Origin: Callorhinchus milii
Taxonomy: Eukaryota
Reading direction: 5' to 3'
Length of the DNA: 64,000 nucleotides
Assembly (NCBI RefSeq): GCF_018977255.1
Contig: NW_024704743.1
Coordinates: forward strand, 14,882,001-14,946,000
Under the pieces are notes generated by a model. That model ran no database searches, was not told the DNA's origin, and saw only the letters and a list, made by a program, of their open reading frames with translations. Shown here piece after piece: positions 1-11,659 of the stretch. Each line of letters opens with the position of its first letter. Within the stretch, counting starts at the first letter, position 1. The translations under genes and the position numbers were made by a program.

Positions 1-107
1 TCTCCGATTATTAGGAAATATGACTCCCTGTTATGATGAAAACTTTCACAGTTAAACTTTTTTTCTTGATTATTAGTGCAGCTGTAGTTTGCCAGAGTAG
101 GTATCAT

Positions 108-205
108 CTGAAGAAAGGTCATCGACCTGAAACGTTAACTCATTGTCCTCTCTCCATAGATGCTGCCTGACCTGCTGAGTGTTCCCAGCGACTTCTGTTT
201 TTATT
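108..205 (+). mobile_element. Penelope-like retroelement terminal (pLTR) fragment with hammerhead-like core
   Basis: TCTGAAGAAAGGTCATCGACCTGAAACGTTAACTC...CATAGATGCTGCCTGACCTGCTGAG; homologous copies at 730-837 and 11973-12075 (minus). Family assignment is from recall of fish Penelope termini. Confidence 0.6.
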
Positions 206-344
206 TTATTTTAAGTATAATCTGTATTGTATTGATAACTTTATTGCCAAACAATGTGGTCATTTCACAGGACAGGCTATCAAAAGGAATATACAATGAA
301 AATTACAAGGATTCAGGTTTATCAAATGATGAGATTGAGCTCAT

Positions 345-683
345 AGTTTAGCTGACACTCTAGTTACAATGCTGGGAGCACTATATAGTTGGAGGAGACA
401 TTAATCCAAGAACCTTTCTACCTGTTCAGGTGGATGTTAAAGATCCTATGTCACTATTCAAAAAGAGAAAGGAGTTTCTCCCACTATCTTCCTAACAATC
501 CTCCGATAAAAAATTGTCACTAACCTTATGGGTGGGACATTCCTGTAAGCAAATTGGCTGTGGCGTTCACATGCAAATGCATAGCCACTACACTTTACAG
601 TAGATCCGGCAAAGCACTTTGAGATGTCTTGACTACATGATAAAATGCATTGTCAAATGCAACAATTATTATTCATATTATTA
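345..683 (+). mobile_element. Old Deu-domain SINE (5'-truncated)
   Basis: GGATGTTAAAGATCCTATGTCACTATTCAAAAAGAG and GTGGGACATTCCTGTAAGCAAATTGGCTG Deu-like blocks, followed by an L2-type tail ending in ATT repeats. Confidence 0.7.
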
Positions 684-1031
684 CTTCTTTTAGGAAGTTG
701 GATAAAAAAGCTACATGAACGAATAGTCTGAGTTCTACCAAAAGGTCATCGACCTGAAACGTTAACTCATTTTCCTCTCTCCATAGATGCTGCCTTATCT
801 TCTGCGTGCTCTCAGTGACTTTTGTTTTTATTTCAGACTAGCTGTACCCGTTGCAGCTATGCTTCCAAACAGTTTCATTTAATCGGCCTCCTCTCTTTCA
901 TCTGGCATTTTTATTTGTCCTTGAAAGATTAGATCTTCGCTTCTTAGGCATCTTTATCCCTTAAGATTAAGAAAATGTGCTATTGAACTCATTAGCATCC
1001 CTTGTTCACATATTTGCACACATATCCTTTT

Positions 1032-1145
1032 GGGACGACTCCTGTGAGAGGACTCCTGTTGGGAGGACTCAGTGGGAAGACTCAGTGGAAGGACTCCTGT
1101 TGGGAGAACTCAGTGGGAGGATTCCTGTGGGAGGACTCCTGGAGA
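1032..1145. repeat. GGACTCCTGT(T)GGGA-type minisatellite internal to the Helitron
   Basis: 13-15-bp units; resumes at 2398-2437 and ~2720-2755; reverse complement (GAGTCCTCCCAC) present in the copies at 31377-31425 and 57409-57460. Confidence 0.8.
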
Positions 1146-1159
1146 GGAGGATATCCTTT

Positions 1160-2388
1160 CTATCTGTAGCCAGACAGTGCCTCCTCAACCTCCTGGATCT
1201 CTTTGCCGCCTTTGACACAGTCAACCATGCCATCCTCATCCACCGCCTCTCCTCCCTCATCCATCTTAGGGACTGCACTCGTATGGTTCGAGTCCTACCT
1301 AACCAACCGCCTCCATTTCATCTCAGCAAATAGTTTCTCTTTCCGCTCTGCCAGGTCACTTGCAGGGTACCCAGCGTTCCATCCTCAGCCCTCTTCTTTT
1401 CCTTATCTATATGTTCCCTCTGGGCGATGTCATCTGCAGACCCAGGATAAACTTCCACATGTATGCAGATGACGCACAAATCTACTTTGGCTTCTCCAGT
1501 ACCAACTCCAGGTTTGCCGATGTTCTAACAGCTTCTCTGCAGACATTAGGGCCTGAATGAGTGCAAACTTCCTGCAGCTGAATGTAGTCAAGAGGGAACC
1601 ATACTCTTTGGCTCCCATCAATGTTTTCACTCCTGAGGATCTAACCTCCCTGGGTTCTCCCGTAGACTCACAAAAACAGTGTGCAATCTAGGCATCTGGC
1701 TCGACCTCCACCTGTCCTTTCTCCCCCACATCTGGTCCCTGACCAGGAATGCCTTCTTCCACCTCTGCCACATTGCCCATCTCTGACGTACCTTACCCCA
1801 AATGCAGCCAAAACCCTCATGCATGCGTTTGTCACTTCCTGCTTGGATTACTCACACACGCTCCTCGCCGGTCTCCCCAGCTCCACTATTCAAAAGATCC
1901 AGCTCATCAAGAACTCTGCTGCCCACATATTTGTCCAGACCCAACTCTGTACCCACATCTCACCAATTCTGGCCAGGCTCCACTGGCTTGCCATCACCGA
2001 ATGGATCAACTTCAAGATCCTCACACTTGTGTTCAAATCCCTTCACTTTTTGGCACCTCCCAAAATCTCCGACCTCCTCATTCCCCAATCCACCATCCGG
2101 TGCCTCTGCTCGACTGCACAGGCCTCCTGCTTGTCCCTCATACCCTCCACCCCACCATTGGAGGTTGGCTTTCAGCCAATATGCCCCGAACCTCTGAAAC
2201 ATTCTCCCCCAATCACTCCGCCTTACCCCCTCTCTCCCCTTTTTCATGTCCTGCCTGAAGACCTTCCTCTAAGACCGTGCCTATAGTTACTTTGCACCCC
2301 CCAGCTCGGAATCAGGCTCCACCACTGTTAAGCGCTCTGAGATGCTACTCTGCATGAAGGGCACTATATAAGTGCGATTTGTTGTTGT
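1160..2388 (+). mobile_element. Decayed L2 LINE 3' half (RT to tail)
   Basis: Frameshifted RT motifs LLDLFAAFDTVNH, HMYADDAQIY, AFVTSCLDY, LARLHWL; stem-loop tail and GTT repeats. Confidence 0.9.
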
Positions 2389-2438
2389 AGAGGTAGTTAG
2401 GAGGACTCCTGTTGGGAGGACTCCTGTGAGAGTACTCA

Positions 2439-2713
2439 ACAACAACAACAGCAACAACTTTGATTTATATAGTGCCCTCTACGCCGGACGGCATCTCAGA
2501 GCACTTCACAGTAACAGATTCTGGGGCTGAGCCAGGGGGAGGAAGGTGACCAAAGGCGCGGTCTAAAACCTGAAGATAGGAAGAGAGGGCGCGAGGTGAA
2601 GGGAGTGAGGGAGGGAGTTCCAGAACCTCATGGCGTAGTGGCTGAAGGCACTGCCGCCGGGGGTGGAGAGGAGGACTCGGGGATCAAGGAGGAGGCCAGA
2701 CCCGGAGGAACGT
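2439..2713 (-). mobile_element. Short L2 3'-end insertion
   Basis: (AAC)n tail at left; homologous along its length to 15273-15560; GTACTCA on both sides. Confidence 0.85.
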
Positions 2714-3939
2714 TGGACACGGTACTCATGTGGGGAAGACTCCTTGTTGGAGTCCGTACATGTGTGATGAGCTGTTTAGGTCACGATAGGAGATCTACTT
2801 TGTTGCAGAATACCATGCATACCTTTTTGGATAAAAATTAAAGCTTTTTTTATATATTTTTTAATATAGCTCATCAACAATAGGCGATTCCACCCCCAAA
2901 ATATGTCCGTGACGCTCCCTCACACAAGACCTTCCCGATGAGGTATAAATCATGCCTCTACATCAATCGGTTATTGTGTTCTTGGCGGACAGACACACAG
3001 ACAGACATTTTGTCTTTATTAGTATAGATTTCCAGCATCTGCAGTATTTTGCCTTTTGAACGAATAGTCTACTGCCTAAAGCTGTTACAATCTAACAAGT
3101 TGTGATTTCACTTTAATACATTTTTGTATGATGTCTGTTGATTGCTGTGAATCCCTGCTCAATCTCGGTGCAACACCAGTGAAAACTTTGGGAAAGTCTG
3201 TGGTAAGTAAACTTCACATCAGTTTTTGATTTAATAAATTTGAAATGAGGATGAATGCCCAAGAATAATCACATGACATCGGTCCCTTAACCATCAGCAT
3301 TGCTTTGTTCCTGAGCAATAAGTGAAGAGTGGGAAAGATGAAGCAAACAGAGATTGCTTTAACCAGTAACAATAACAAATTGATGTCCTGAAACAAGAGG
3401 GACCTCTAGTGCCGGTCTAAAACCCACTAAAGTATATGTATTAATGTATGCACAATAAAAGTACTACACGATTTAGTGGTAAATCATGCAATAATTATCT
3501 TTATTGTACTTTTACAAAGTTAAGTTTAAATATTGCATGTGTAGTGAGGAGAATTTTAGACGAATGTAGCAAAAGCAATGCAGTAATGACTTCAATAAGA
3601 AAATTGAAGACATCAATAATGTATAAAGGTTATGTTCCAAAACTAAACTACCAAATCTTTTGGACAGTTAAATGTACTGTTCTATGACTGCGAACAAATT
3701 GTACTGCTTAGCCTTCAAATGGGAGTGACACCCCCAGGCAGTCCCAGTTCATGTGGGAGCTTCAAACAATATTATTTCGTAAGTTATGAATGAATGGAAC
3801 TAATTTCTTCCCTTTCACTGGATATTTCTGTCAAAAAACATTTGTAATGTTTTTCTAAATTTACAAATATATGGATATTGCCCACCACAAATAATTGATG
3901 TTTGCCTGATTTCAACCCTCCCAGATAGGAGGTCGCAGA

Positions 3940-4120
3940 GGTAGGGTGGGGTGGGGAAAGGCTGCAGAGTTCTGGATTACCTGCAGCCTGTGGAGGGAGG
4001 AGTTGGGAAGGCCGACAAGCAGAGCATTTGTATAGTCGAGCCTGGAGGTGATGAAGGCATGAACAAGAGTTTCAGCAGCCTGAGGCGTGAGGTAGTGGCG
4101 GAGTCGGGCGATGTTACTAA
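3940..4120 (-). mobile_element. L2 fragment
   Basis: [33 protein letters not shown] matches the 733-aa ORF. Confidence 0.85.
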
Positions 4121-4564
4121 TATCCATATACTGTATAGTGTAAAATTAAGCACCTCAGATGCATTATGAAACACGACTGATGTGTTTGCAATGTTATTTG
4201 ATACTCTGGCCATGAAACTTACCAAACTAGTGGCTGCAATGGGCGACCGGGGCAATTTGAATTTCAGTAACATCTCCCTTTGGACCCTTCATCAGCAATA
4301 TCTTATAGTCTGCATGTTGAATACAATGTAATATGTCTGCTAATGCCAGTAGCAAGTTGGACTCTGTTTGTGTGTGTCAGAATAAGAATGACTATTCCTG
4401 CCAAAGAAGTTAAATGCTAAGTAAAGTAAATTTACATTTCTAAAAAAAAGCCAGTTTTTCTTTTGATTATCAAATTATCTCAGTCCTTTTGAAAAGCACA
4501 TATTATGAACAGAATTTTATAGAGAAATGTATGCATTATATATTGAATTATTGCTTACAATATT

Positions 4565-4925
4565 AATAATAATAATCCTTGCATTTCATATAGTGCCTTA
4601 TCACATATTTGAGATGACTCAAAGCACTTCACAGAACATATTGTAAAGTGAATTGACTGTATATTTTGTGGGTGAAACGCGGCAACCAATTGTGAATAGT
4701 TGTGTCCCACAAACAGTCGTGGATTGTGTGGCCAAATTTTTTTTAAAAGGGATTATTACCCCCGGAAAACCGATCTGCCAATTGACTAACAACCGGGTTC
4801 CCACTTACTGCTAGTTAAATAGAGACATGTGGAGTAAGGAAATTTGCCCAATGTTTTGCCCTGCCCGGGAATCAAACCCAGGTCTTCTCGCTTGCGAGGT
4901 GAGTGCTCTCATCACTAAGCTACAA
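4565..4925 (-). mobile_element. tRNA-headed SINE, long form
   Basis: A/B box head, GGGCAAATTTCCTTACTCCAC block, Deu-like block, (ATT)n tail. Confidence 0.85.
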
Positions 4926-5561
4926 TTGGTGCTGTATCGCAAGAATATTGATTTCACATAATATTGTAAGTCACACAAACCTTGGTAATGTTTGTGCCAT
5001 TTTGTTCAATGCTTCCTGCATATAAATGGTAATGAATTTGATTAGAACAGTGAGCAGCTGTCTGATCACTGATGCAGTCTCTAATGGTTGATTGCAGCTT
5101 AATGCCAAGATTTCCAAAACCAGCAGTGACTGTCCCTTGGAGACTGGAACCCGTTTAGGAGATAACAGGTGTGAGAGCACCCGCTGGGGAAGCCCTGAGT
5201 TCCTTTAATCTCTTTCTGTCAGCAAATTCCATTACAGCCATCAAATTGAGTACAGATACATTGGTGGGAATTATCCACATGAGCCATTATTACCCATTGT
5301 AATATGTGTAACTGTTCTACATTGTACATTGGGCAATGTTGCTGCTCTAACATTCAAATCCTGAAGTCTAGCTTCCTAGATTTCCACATCCTTCCTCTTT
5401 CGCCACAAACATTCAAGAGCTCTTGGTTTCACCACTTTTCAGGAGAAGTGCAACATTGTCCCATTGAAAGAGGTCTCCTGCGCATTCAACAAATATGGTG
5501 CTGGAACAGAACATTTTCTGACTTGGATCCCATTTTTCATTTGAGAAAGAGGTTTTCACAA

Positions 5562-6003
5562 ATTCAAGTTCCTCCTCCTCACCTACAAGGCCACTCACGG
5601 CCTTGCTCCCTCCTACCTCTCCGACCTACTATCCCCCTACTTACCTGCCCGTACCCTCCGTTCCTCTGGCTCCGGTCTGCTCCACATCCCCCGCCCTAAC
5701 CACCCTACCATTGGTGGCCGAGCTTTCAGCCTCTCAGCCCCGAGGCTCTGGAACTCCATCCCCCAGTGCCTTCGCCGCCTCCTCCCTTTCCTGCTTCAAG
5801 GCCGGTCTCAAGACCTTTCTCTTTGACCGTGACTTCAGCTCCCCTCTCGACTCTCTACCCCCTCCTCGCTCCCTCCCTTTCCTCCCCTCACCCTGACCAT
5901 TTCCCCCCTGCTCGGGTCCCGACCCAACTGTCCAGCGCCTTGGGACGTCCTCCCAACGTGAAAGGCGCTCTATAAATGCAATCTTGTTGTTGTTGTTGTT
6001 GTT
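5562..6003 (+). mobile_element. Young L2 3' end
   Basis: Nearly identical to the reverse complement of 51869-52360; GGGACGTCCTCCCAACGTGAAAGGCGC stem-loop and (GTT)n tail. Confidence 0.92.
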
Positions 6004-6079
6004 TTAAATGGAGTCTAAATTATAAAATTTATAAATAAGTTTTTAAATGGAATTGAGAAAATAAACCCAAAACAACAAA

Positions 6080-6782
6080 TCTCCTTGTCCCCCCACTCAC
6101 AGACATCACAAACCTCTCCCTGTCCACTTTAGACACAGCCGTCGTCACTCCTATCCTTAAAAAACCCTCCCGAAACCCATCCCTACATTCAAACTACCGC
6201 CCCATCTCCAACCTCCCTTTCCTTTTCAAGGTCCTGGAATGTATCATTGCTTCACTCCTTCCTCTCCTGCCACTCCCTTCACAGACCTCTCCAATCGGGT
6301 TTCCGTGCTGCCCACACCACAGGAACTGCTTTGATCAAACTGAAAAATTACATTTTGTCCATCTCTGACCAGGGCTCCCTCTGCCTCCTCATCCTCCTTG
6401 ACCTCTCTGCTGCCTTTGATACCTTTGACACTCTATCCCCCTCCACCACCTCTCCTCTCACCTCAACCTTCATGATTCTGTCCTTGAATGTCTCAGATCC
6501 TACCTCTCACACTGTTTCAATTTCATCTCCACAAACAGCATCTCCTCCAGCCCCCGCACAATCTCATGCAGAATTCCTCAGGACTCTGCTCTTGGTCCCC
6601 TCCTCTTCAATATCTACACATTCCCTCTTGGTGATATCAACCGCAGATATGGGGTCATCTTCCAAATGTATGTGGATGACACCTAACTCGATCTCCCTGC
6701 CTCCACCCTCAATTCCAGGACCACTGTTATCTTGACAAAATATCTGTCAGACATCAAGTTCTGAATGAGAGCTAACTTTCTA
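6080..6782 (+). mobile_element. Decayed L2 RT fragment
   Basis: [41 protein letters not shown] motifs across frameshifts. Confidence 0.88.
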
Positions 6783-6959
6783 CTTTTTATTTACCAAGAG
6801 GGTAGTAATGACTAGAATAGGTTACCAGGAAGGGTGGTTGAGGTCTGGATGCAATGAATATAATAGTTTGATGCTGTGATCGAGGCGGTAGAGTGGGTAT
6901 TCTGAAATGTTGACATCAGATGGGCTGAAGGGCCTTCATCATTCAAACCGATTTTGTGA

Positions 6960-8070
6960 TCTTCTGAATGTGAAGTGTGAAACTGCTTCTCATCTTCAGC
7001 CAATTTGTCTATTTGGGGAGTTGTATTGCAAATGGGCACTCTAAAGAAAGCACAAAGATTTGCAAATAATAGTCCAGAAAGATGCTAAGAGTTTGTATGC
7101 TTCAAAAAGGAGAATGCACATTACACAGAAAAAGACACTGAGTTGTGAACAGCAATTTCTGGCAGACACTGGAAGTATACAGAAGGTATTCAATGGATTA
7201 GGGTTAGGATTTACCTCTTTGTCAGCACCTATGGTCACCTCCCCTTTCTTACTTGCTCAGCATCCCACCTTGCCACTGTTAAGCACTCTGAAATGCTAAC
7301 CTGCATGAAGAGCATTAGATAAAAGCAAGTTGTTGTTGTTACCAGAAAGGCTAAGGCCAGGACACTGGGCTCATTTAAAAAAACATGTTGTCCAGCAATG
7401 GGGAAAATGAAGTGTGAAAGGATGAGATCAAATGAGCCGAAGAGACTTTTCATCCCAAACTCTCCTGTGATATGTGTGCATAGCAAAACCATGAGTTTAA
7501 GAGTTGAGGCTGATGATATTTTAGTAGCCATCTGTAGAAATCCAGCAAAGTACAACTCTACATCTAATTCTGGAAAATGTTTTGAAGTCTAAGCAATTCT
7601 AATGACAAGAAAGCATCAGCACTGACAAGACTTGATTTGAAACCTGGGTGACTTTTCTGTGAAATCAGGAAATCTTGATTGATGCCCATCAATCACTGAA
7701 TTCATCCCCTTTGCATATTTCAGGTTTGATGGATGCTGAGATTTCTTTCATGCCACGAACATATACACATTCTATCTCACTCAGTTGTCTCTCAGAAAGC
7801 TTCAGCTTCACTTCAAAAGCAGCAACATAGTGGAGCAGTCTTGTCTTTTCCATGAATTAGCAAATTCATTTAATTGAACTGATTTGTCAGATCAATCGGG
7901 AAAGTTAAATCCGCAACAAACGTAAGATCCACCTCTTTCCTATTCCTGAGCCTTTGATTAAAAAATATGTTCATGCAGATAAAAAGTTCTCTGCAAGGTA
8001 CTTCAGTTAAACCAGCAAATGTCTGTGAAGAAACTAGGATCCAAACACACACTTTCCATTTTATCAAGAA
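6960..8070 (-). mobile_element. Highly decayed hAT (Charlie/SPIN-like) transposase C-terminal remnant, interrupted by L2/CR1 tails
   Basis: Minus-strand peptides DLTFVADLTFPIDLTNQFN and TTPQIDKLAEDEKQFHTSH resemble the DLAFLVDIT..LN segment and the ...KQxHxSH C-terminus of this transposase family. Confidence 0.55.
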
Positions 8071-9585
8071 AAGTGATAAGTGGGTGGTAATTTATGCTGC
8101 TTTTACTTTTTGCTCTGGTCAAAGCATCCCCTAGATAAAATCAGTCCTTCACTTCATGGTGGTTTGTGAGAAGCTGCTGTGCCAAATTGGCTGCCCCGTT
8201 GGCCTATATAATACACAGACTTTATAATGAAATCCTGTTAAGCACTCTGAGATGTTTTGCTGACATGATGAGTCTCTGTATCAAGTGCAAGAATCATAAC
8301 TATTAATTTATTTTGCAGATCCTGAAACTCAAAAGGTAACCAAACAGGAAGTCACCACATTTTGAATCTTTGGCAACTTTAATTGGCCTCCGGACCTCTG
8401 GAGACAGCCACAAGTAAATGACATTTGGCAGATACCCATGTTACCCACACTACACTCCCATCACACCATTCCATGCCAAGCTCCACTGGCTCCCCATCAC
8501 AGAACGGATTGGTTTCAAGATCTCCTCACTCATCTACACATCGCTTCCCACCCTGGCACCTTGAGGCCAGGACACTGGACATTTAAAAAAAATGCTTGAT
8601 GCTGTGATGGGAGGATTGGATGGTGAATAGTCTATAGGGATAAGATCAAATGGGCCAATGGGGTATTCTTCATCTGCACTGACCTTGTGATCTTGTGATA
8701 ACTGTCATGGAAATAATATTGTCCTCAATATCACTACCCCTTTTAATGGAATGAGAAAACTTTAAGGTAACTTTTCTCATTCATAGCAAACTGGGGGAAA
8801 TTCTCCCCTTTGTGTCAAGTAGATCTTCAGTGACATTGAAGTGCTTGTGAATGCCTTGGGCAAAATGTAGCAGCTGACTGAGACTTTTATCATGAGCGCT
8901 TCCATCAAAGGCTATGGACTAAAGGTAACTGTGGCTGACCTTTATGTGAGATTTATCTTTGCACTGCATTCTACTATGGTTGTAAGCATCAGATATTGGC
9001 CTTTCCTAAGGCTCCAATGAACATCCCTCAATGTAAACTCCTTATCCCTAGACAGTCTCTGTCTTTGTGTAGTTCAATAAGCAGTTTCCTAATTTGCTCT
9101 TGTTTGATGCCACTGGAGCAGTAAACCTCTGTTGATACTTCTGAAAATTTCTCTTCAACTCTTTCAGTTTGTATTCTCTGCGTTGATTTACTGCCCTTCA
9201 CGTAGGACAGCAGTGGCCAACCTCTTTGGTTAACCAACAAAATAAATGTTTCTGGGTTGAATATTTCTTGATTTATGGCATAAATCAATGCTACTTGGTT
9301 ATTCTCTTGATTGTTTTGTTGGCCAACCAGAAAGATAGGCCACCACTGAAATAGGGTAATGTCTCAGAATGCTTTACAAGGACAAGGTCAGACATTGAGC
9401 AAGAGAAAGGGGGGGAGGGAGGTAAGGGAGAGGTGGCCACCCTTTTGAAAAGGTAAATTTTGTGGTAGGACTTTAAAACAGAAACAAAGCAGTGAGATGG
9501 AGGGAGAGAGGGAGAGAGGTCCAGAGTTCAGAGGTACAGGATCTGAAGGCTTGGCCGCCAAAGATGGCTGTGAAGAGAGCTTACT

Positions 9586-9912
9586 TGTGGAGCCCTGTAG
9601 CTCAGTGGATAGAGTGCTCATTTTGCAAGTGAGAGACCTGGGTTCGATTCCTGGCAGGGTGAAACCTTGGGCAAGTTTCCTTACTCCACACACCTGATAA
9701 TAATCCCTCAAGAAAAAAAAATAAAAAATTGGTCATTTCAATCCACGACTGGTTGTGGGACACTGCTGTGCGCAATTGGCTGCTGCGTTTCACCCACAAA
9801 ACATACAGTCAATTCACTTTATAGTATATTCTGTGAAGCGCTTTGAGACATCACGAAGACGTGATAAGGCACTACATCAAATGCAAGGAATATTATTTTT
9901 ATTATTATTATA
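9586..9912 (+). mobile_element. tRNA-headed SINE, short form
   Basis: GCCCTGTAGCTCAGTGG...GGTTCGATTCC head, TGTGGGACACTGCTGTGCGCAATTGGCTGC block, L2-type tail. Confidence 0.9.
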
Positions 9913-10382
9913 TAATATCCCTTCAGCCCCCTTAATGCCCTTTCTTCCCAAATATCTACTCATTCCCAAACAGAAGGTTGTTCTTCTTGAAAACTGCAAC
10001 CTATCTAAGCCAAAGTGACAATAAGGATTCACAATTGATTCATTGTCCTCAGGTAAATCAGCTGGAGTTACCATCACTGATCAGTATTCATCACCCATTT
10101 CCCCATCCTTCCCCACAGGTTGACAAGGTATTTGATAATCGTTAAATTTGTTTTAAACACTGCAATTTTTACCACAATATTTGTGGCTAAACCTTCAGCA
10201 ACTACGCCCCTAAACTCTGGAACTTCCTCCCTCTACCCTTCCATCTCACTTCTTCTCCAGGTTTCTTTAAATTCCATCTAAAGTTTATCTCTTCAAATGT
10301 GCTTATGGTCAGCTTGCCTTTCTCCCTTGTTTGCAGTCCAACCCTGTCTCTGTAAAATGCTTCAAGACTTTAACCTATGCTT

Positions 10383-10622
10383 AGGGCGAAACCTTGGGCA
10401 AGTTTCCTTACTCCACACGCCTAATAATAATCCCTCCAAAAACAATAATAAATTGGTAATTTTCAACCTACGACTGTTTGTGGGACATTGCTGTGCGCAA
10501 TTGGCTGCCACGTTCGCCCACAAATATACAGTCAATTCACTTTACAGTGTGTTCTGTGAAGCGCTTTGGGACGTCTTCCTGACGTGAAAAGCGCAATATC
10601 AAATGCAAGGATTATTATTATT
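10383..10622 (+). mobile_element. 5'-truncated short-form SINE inserted in an L2 tail (10190-10650)
   Basis: Near-identical to 13165-13421; L2 tail resumes GGGCACTATAAATGC at 10624. Confidence 0.85.
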
Positions 10623-11659
10623 AGGGCACTATAAATGCAAATTGTTGTCGCCCAGTTAGGAGGCTGAAATCACATTGAATGGCTAGAAACCACATGAATA
10701 TGGTAAGACTATAGCTAGTGTCTTTGAAGCCATGAAATGTAGGAAAAATGAAAGTTTGAGCTGAACAAAAGTGAGATACCTTTTGAGACACTGTAGACTA
10801 ATTGGACTCCAGTATTCACCTTTAGGATAATAAACGAAAGAATCTCATCACTCTGACAAAAAGCCAGAAAGCAAAACATCAACCTTATTTGTCTTTTGTC
10901 GGTTTTTGGTATTGAAAAGTTCACTTTTTTTCAAGTCTGAAAATCCTGAATTGGTTACCGAAAGTTACAATTATTGCAGCATGTGCGGTTTGGTAACATT
11001 GCATTTTAGACCCTGTAATATTTAAACAATCTGCTACCCCCATGTCGTAACTTCCGCCTTATGAGAGATTTCATGTTGTGGAAGAGTACACACACATCTG
11101 GTATCAGAAAGCCTTATTTATTTCTCTCCTGGTCACGTGTTGTCCGTGAGATCAGGGCTCAGACTCAATCGGTTTACCGAATAAGTGGGGTGATGGCAGC
11201 AATCTTCCTAAGGCCCTGAAAAGTAACAGGAGCAACCTGGAAGTTTCATTTTGGAATGGACCCTGGTATGCTTTGTATCACGAATGACTGACTGACTGCA
11301 GGATGACTGAATGCTTTGTACTGCGAGTAATGACTAAAACTGAATCTGAACGGCGAACACCTGTAAAACCGCCATGTTCCACAACTAATACATTTTACAA
11401 TAATGCTTGTGCTAAGCTTTTCCTACAATTAGTCAGCCTGTCACATGACAAACAGGTATGGGTTTTGTACTGTTTAAAGCACCAAGATATGCACTGGGGA
11501 CTTGTGATCTAGCCCAGCTTTGTTTACTTGCTGTTTTCTGTGTTGTACAATTTTTTCAGTAGATACTGATGTGAATTATCTGTAAAAGTCTAAATGACTT
11601 TGTTCCTGGGTATCTGTAAAAGAGATTACGAGTTTGACATGATCCAGATCAAACTTTGG

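Larger units (their letters stand above)
838..3028 (-). mobile_element. Non-autonomous Helitron (carrying nested L2 insertions)
   Basis: Minus strand starts TCTATACTAATAAAG and ends AGCTGCAACGGGTACAGCTAG; inserted between A837 and T3029 with no TSD; related copies at ~31.0 kb and ~57.0 kb. Confidence 0.75.
730..3056 (+). mobile_element. Penelope-like terminal fragment (730-837 + 3029-3056) split by a Helitron
   Basis: Flanked by 14-bp direct repeat TGAACGAATAGTCT (716-729, 3057-3070); the halves rejoin as TTTCAGA|TTTCCAGCATCTGCAGTATTTTGCC. Confidence 0.7.

Noticed and set aside
1032..1145. CRISPR-like array
   Set aside because: Head-to-tail minisatellite without unique spacers; no cas genes; vertebrate context
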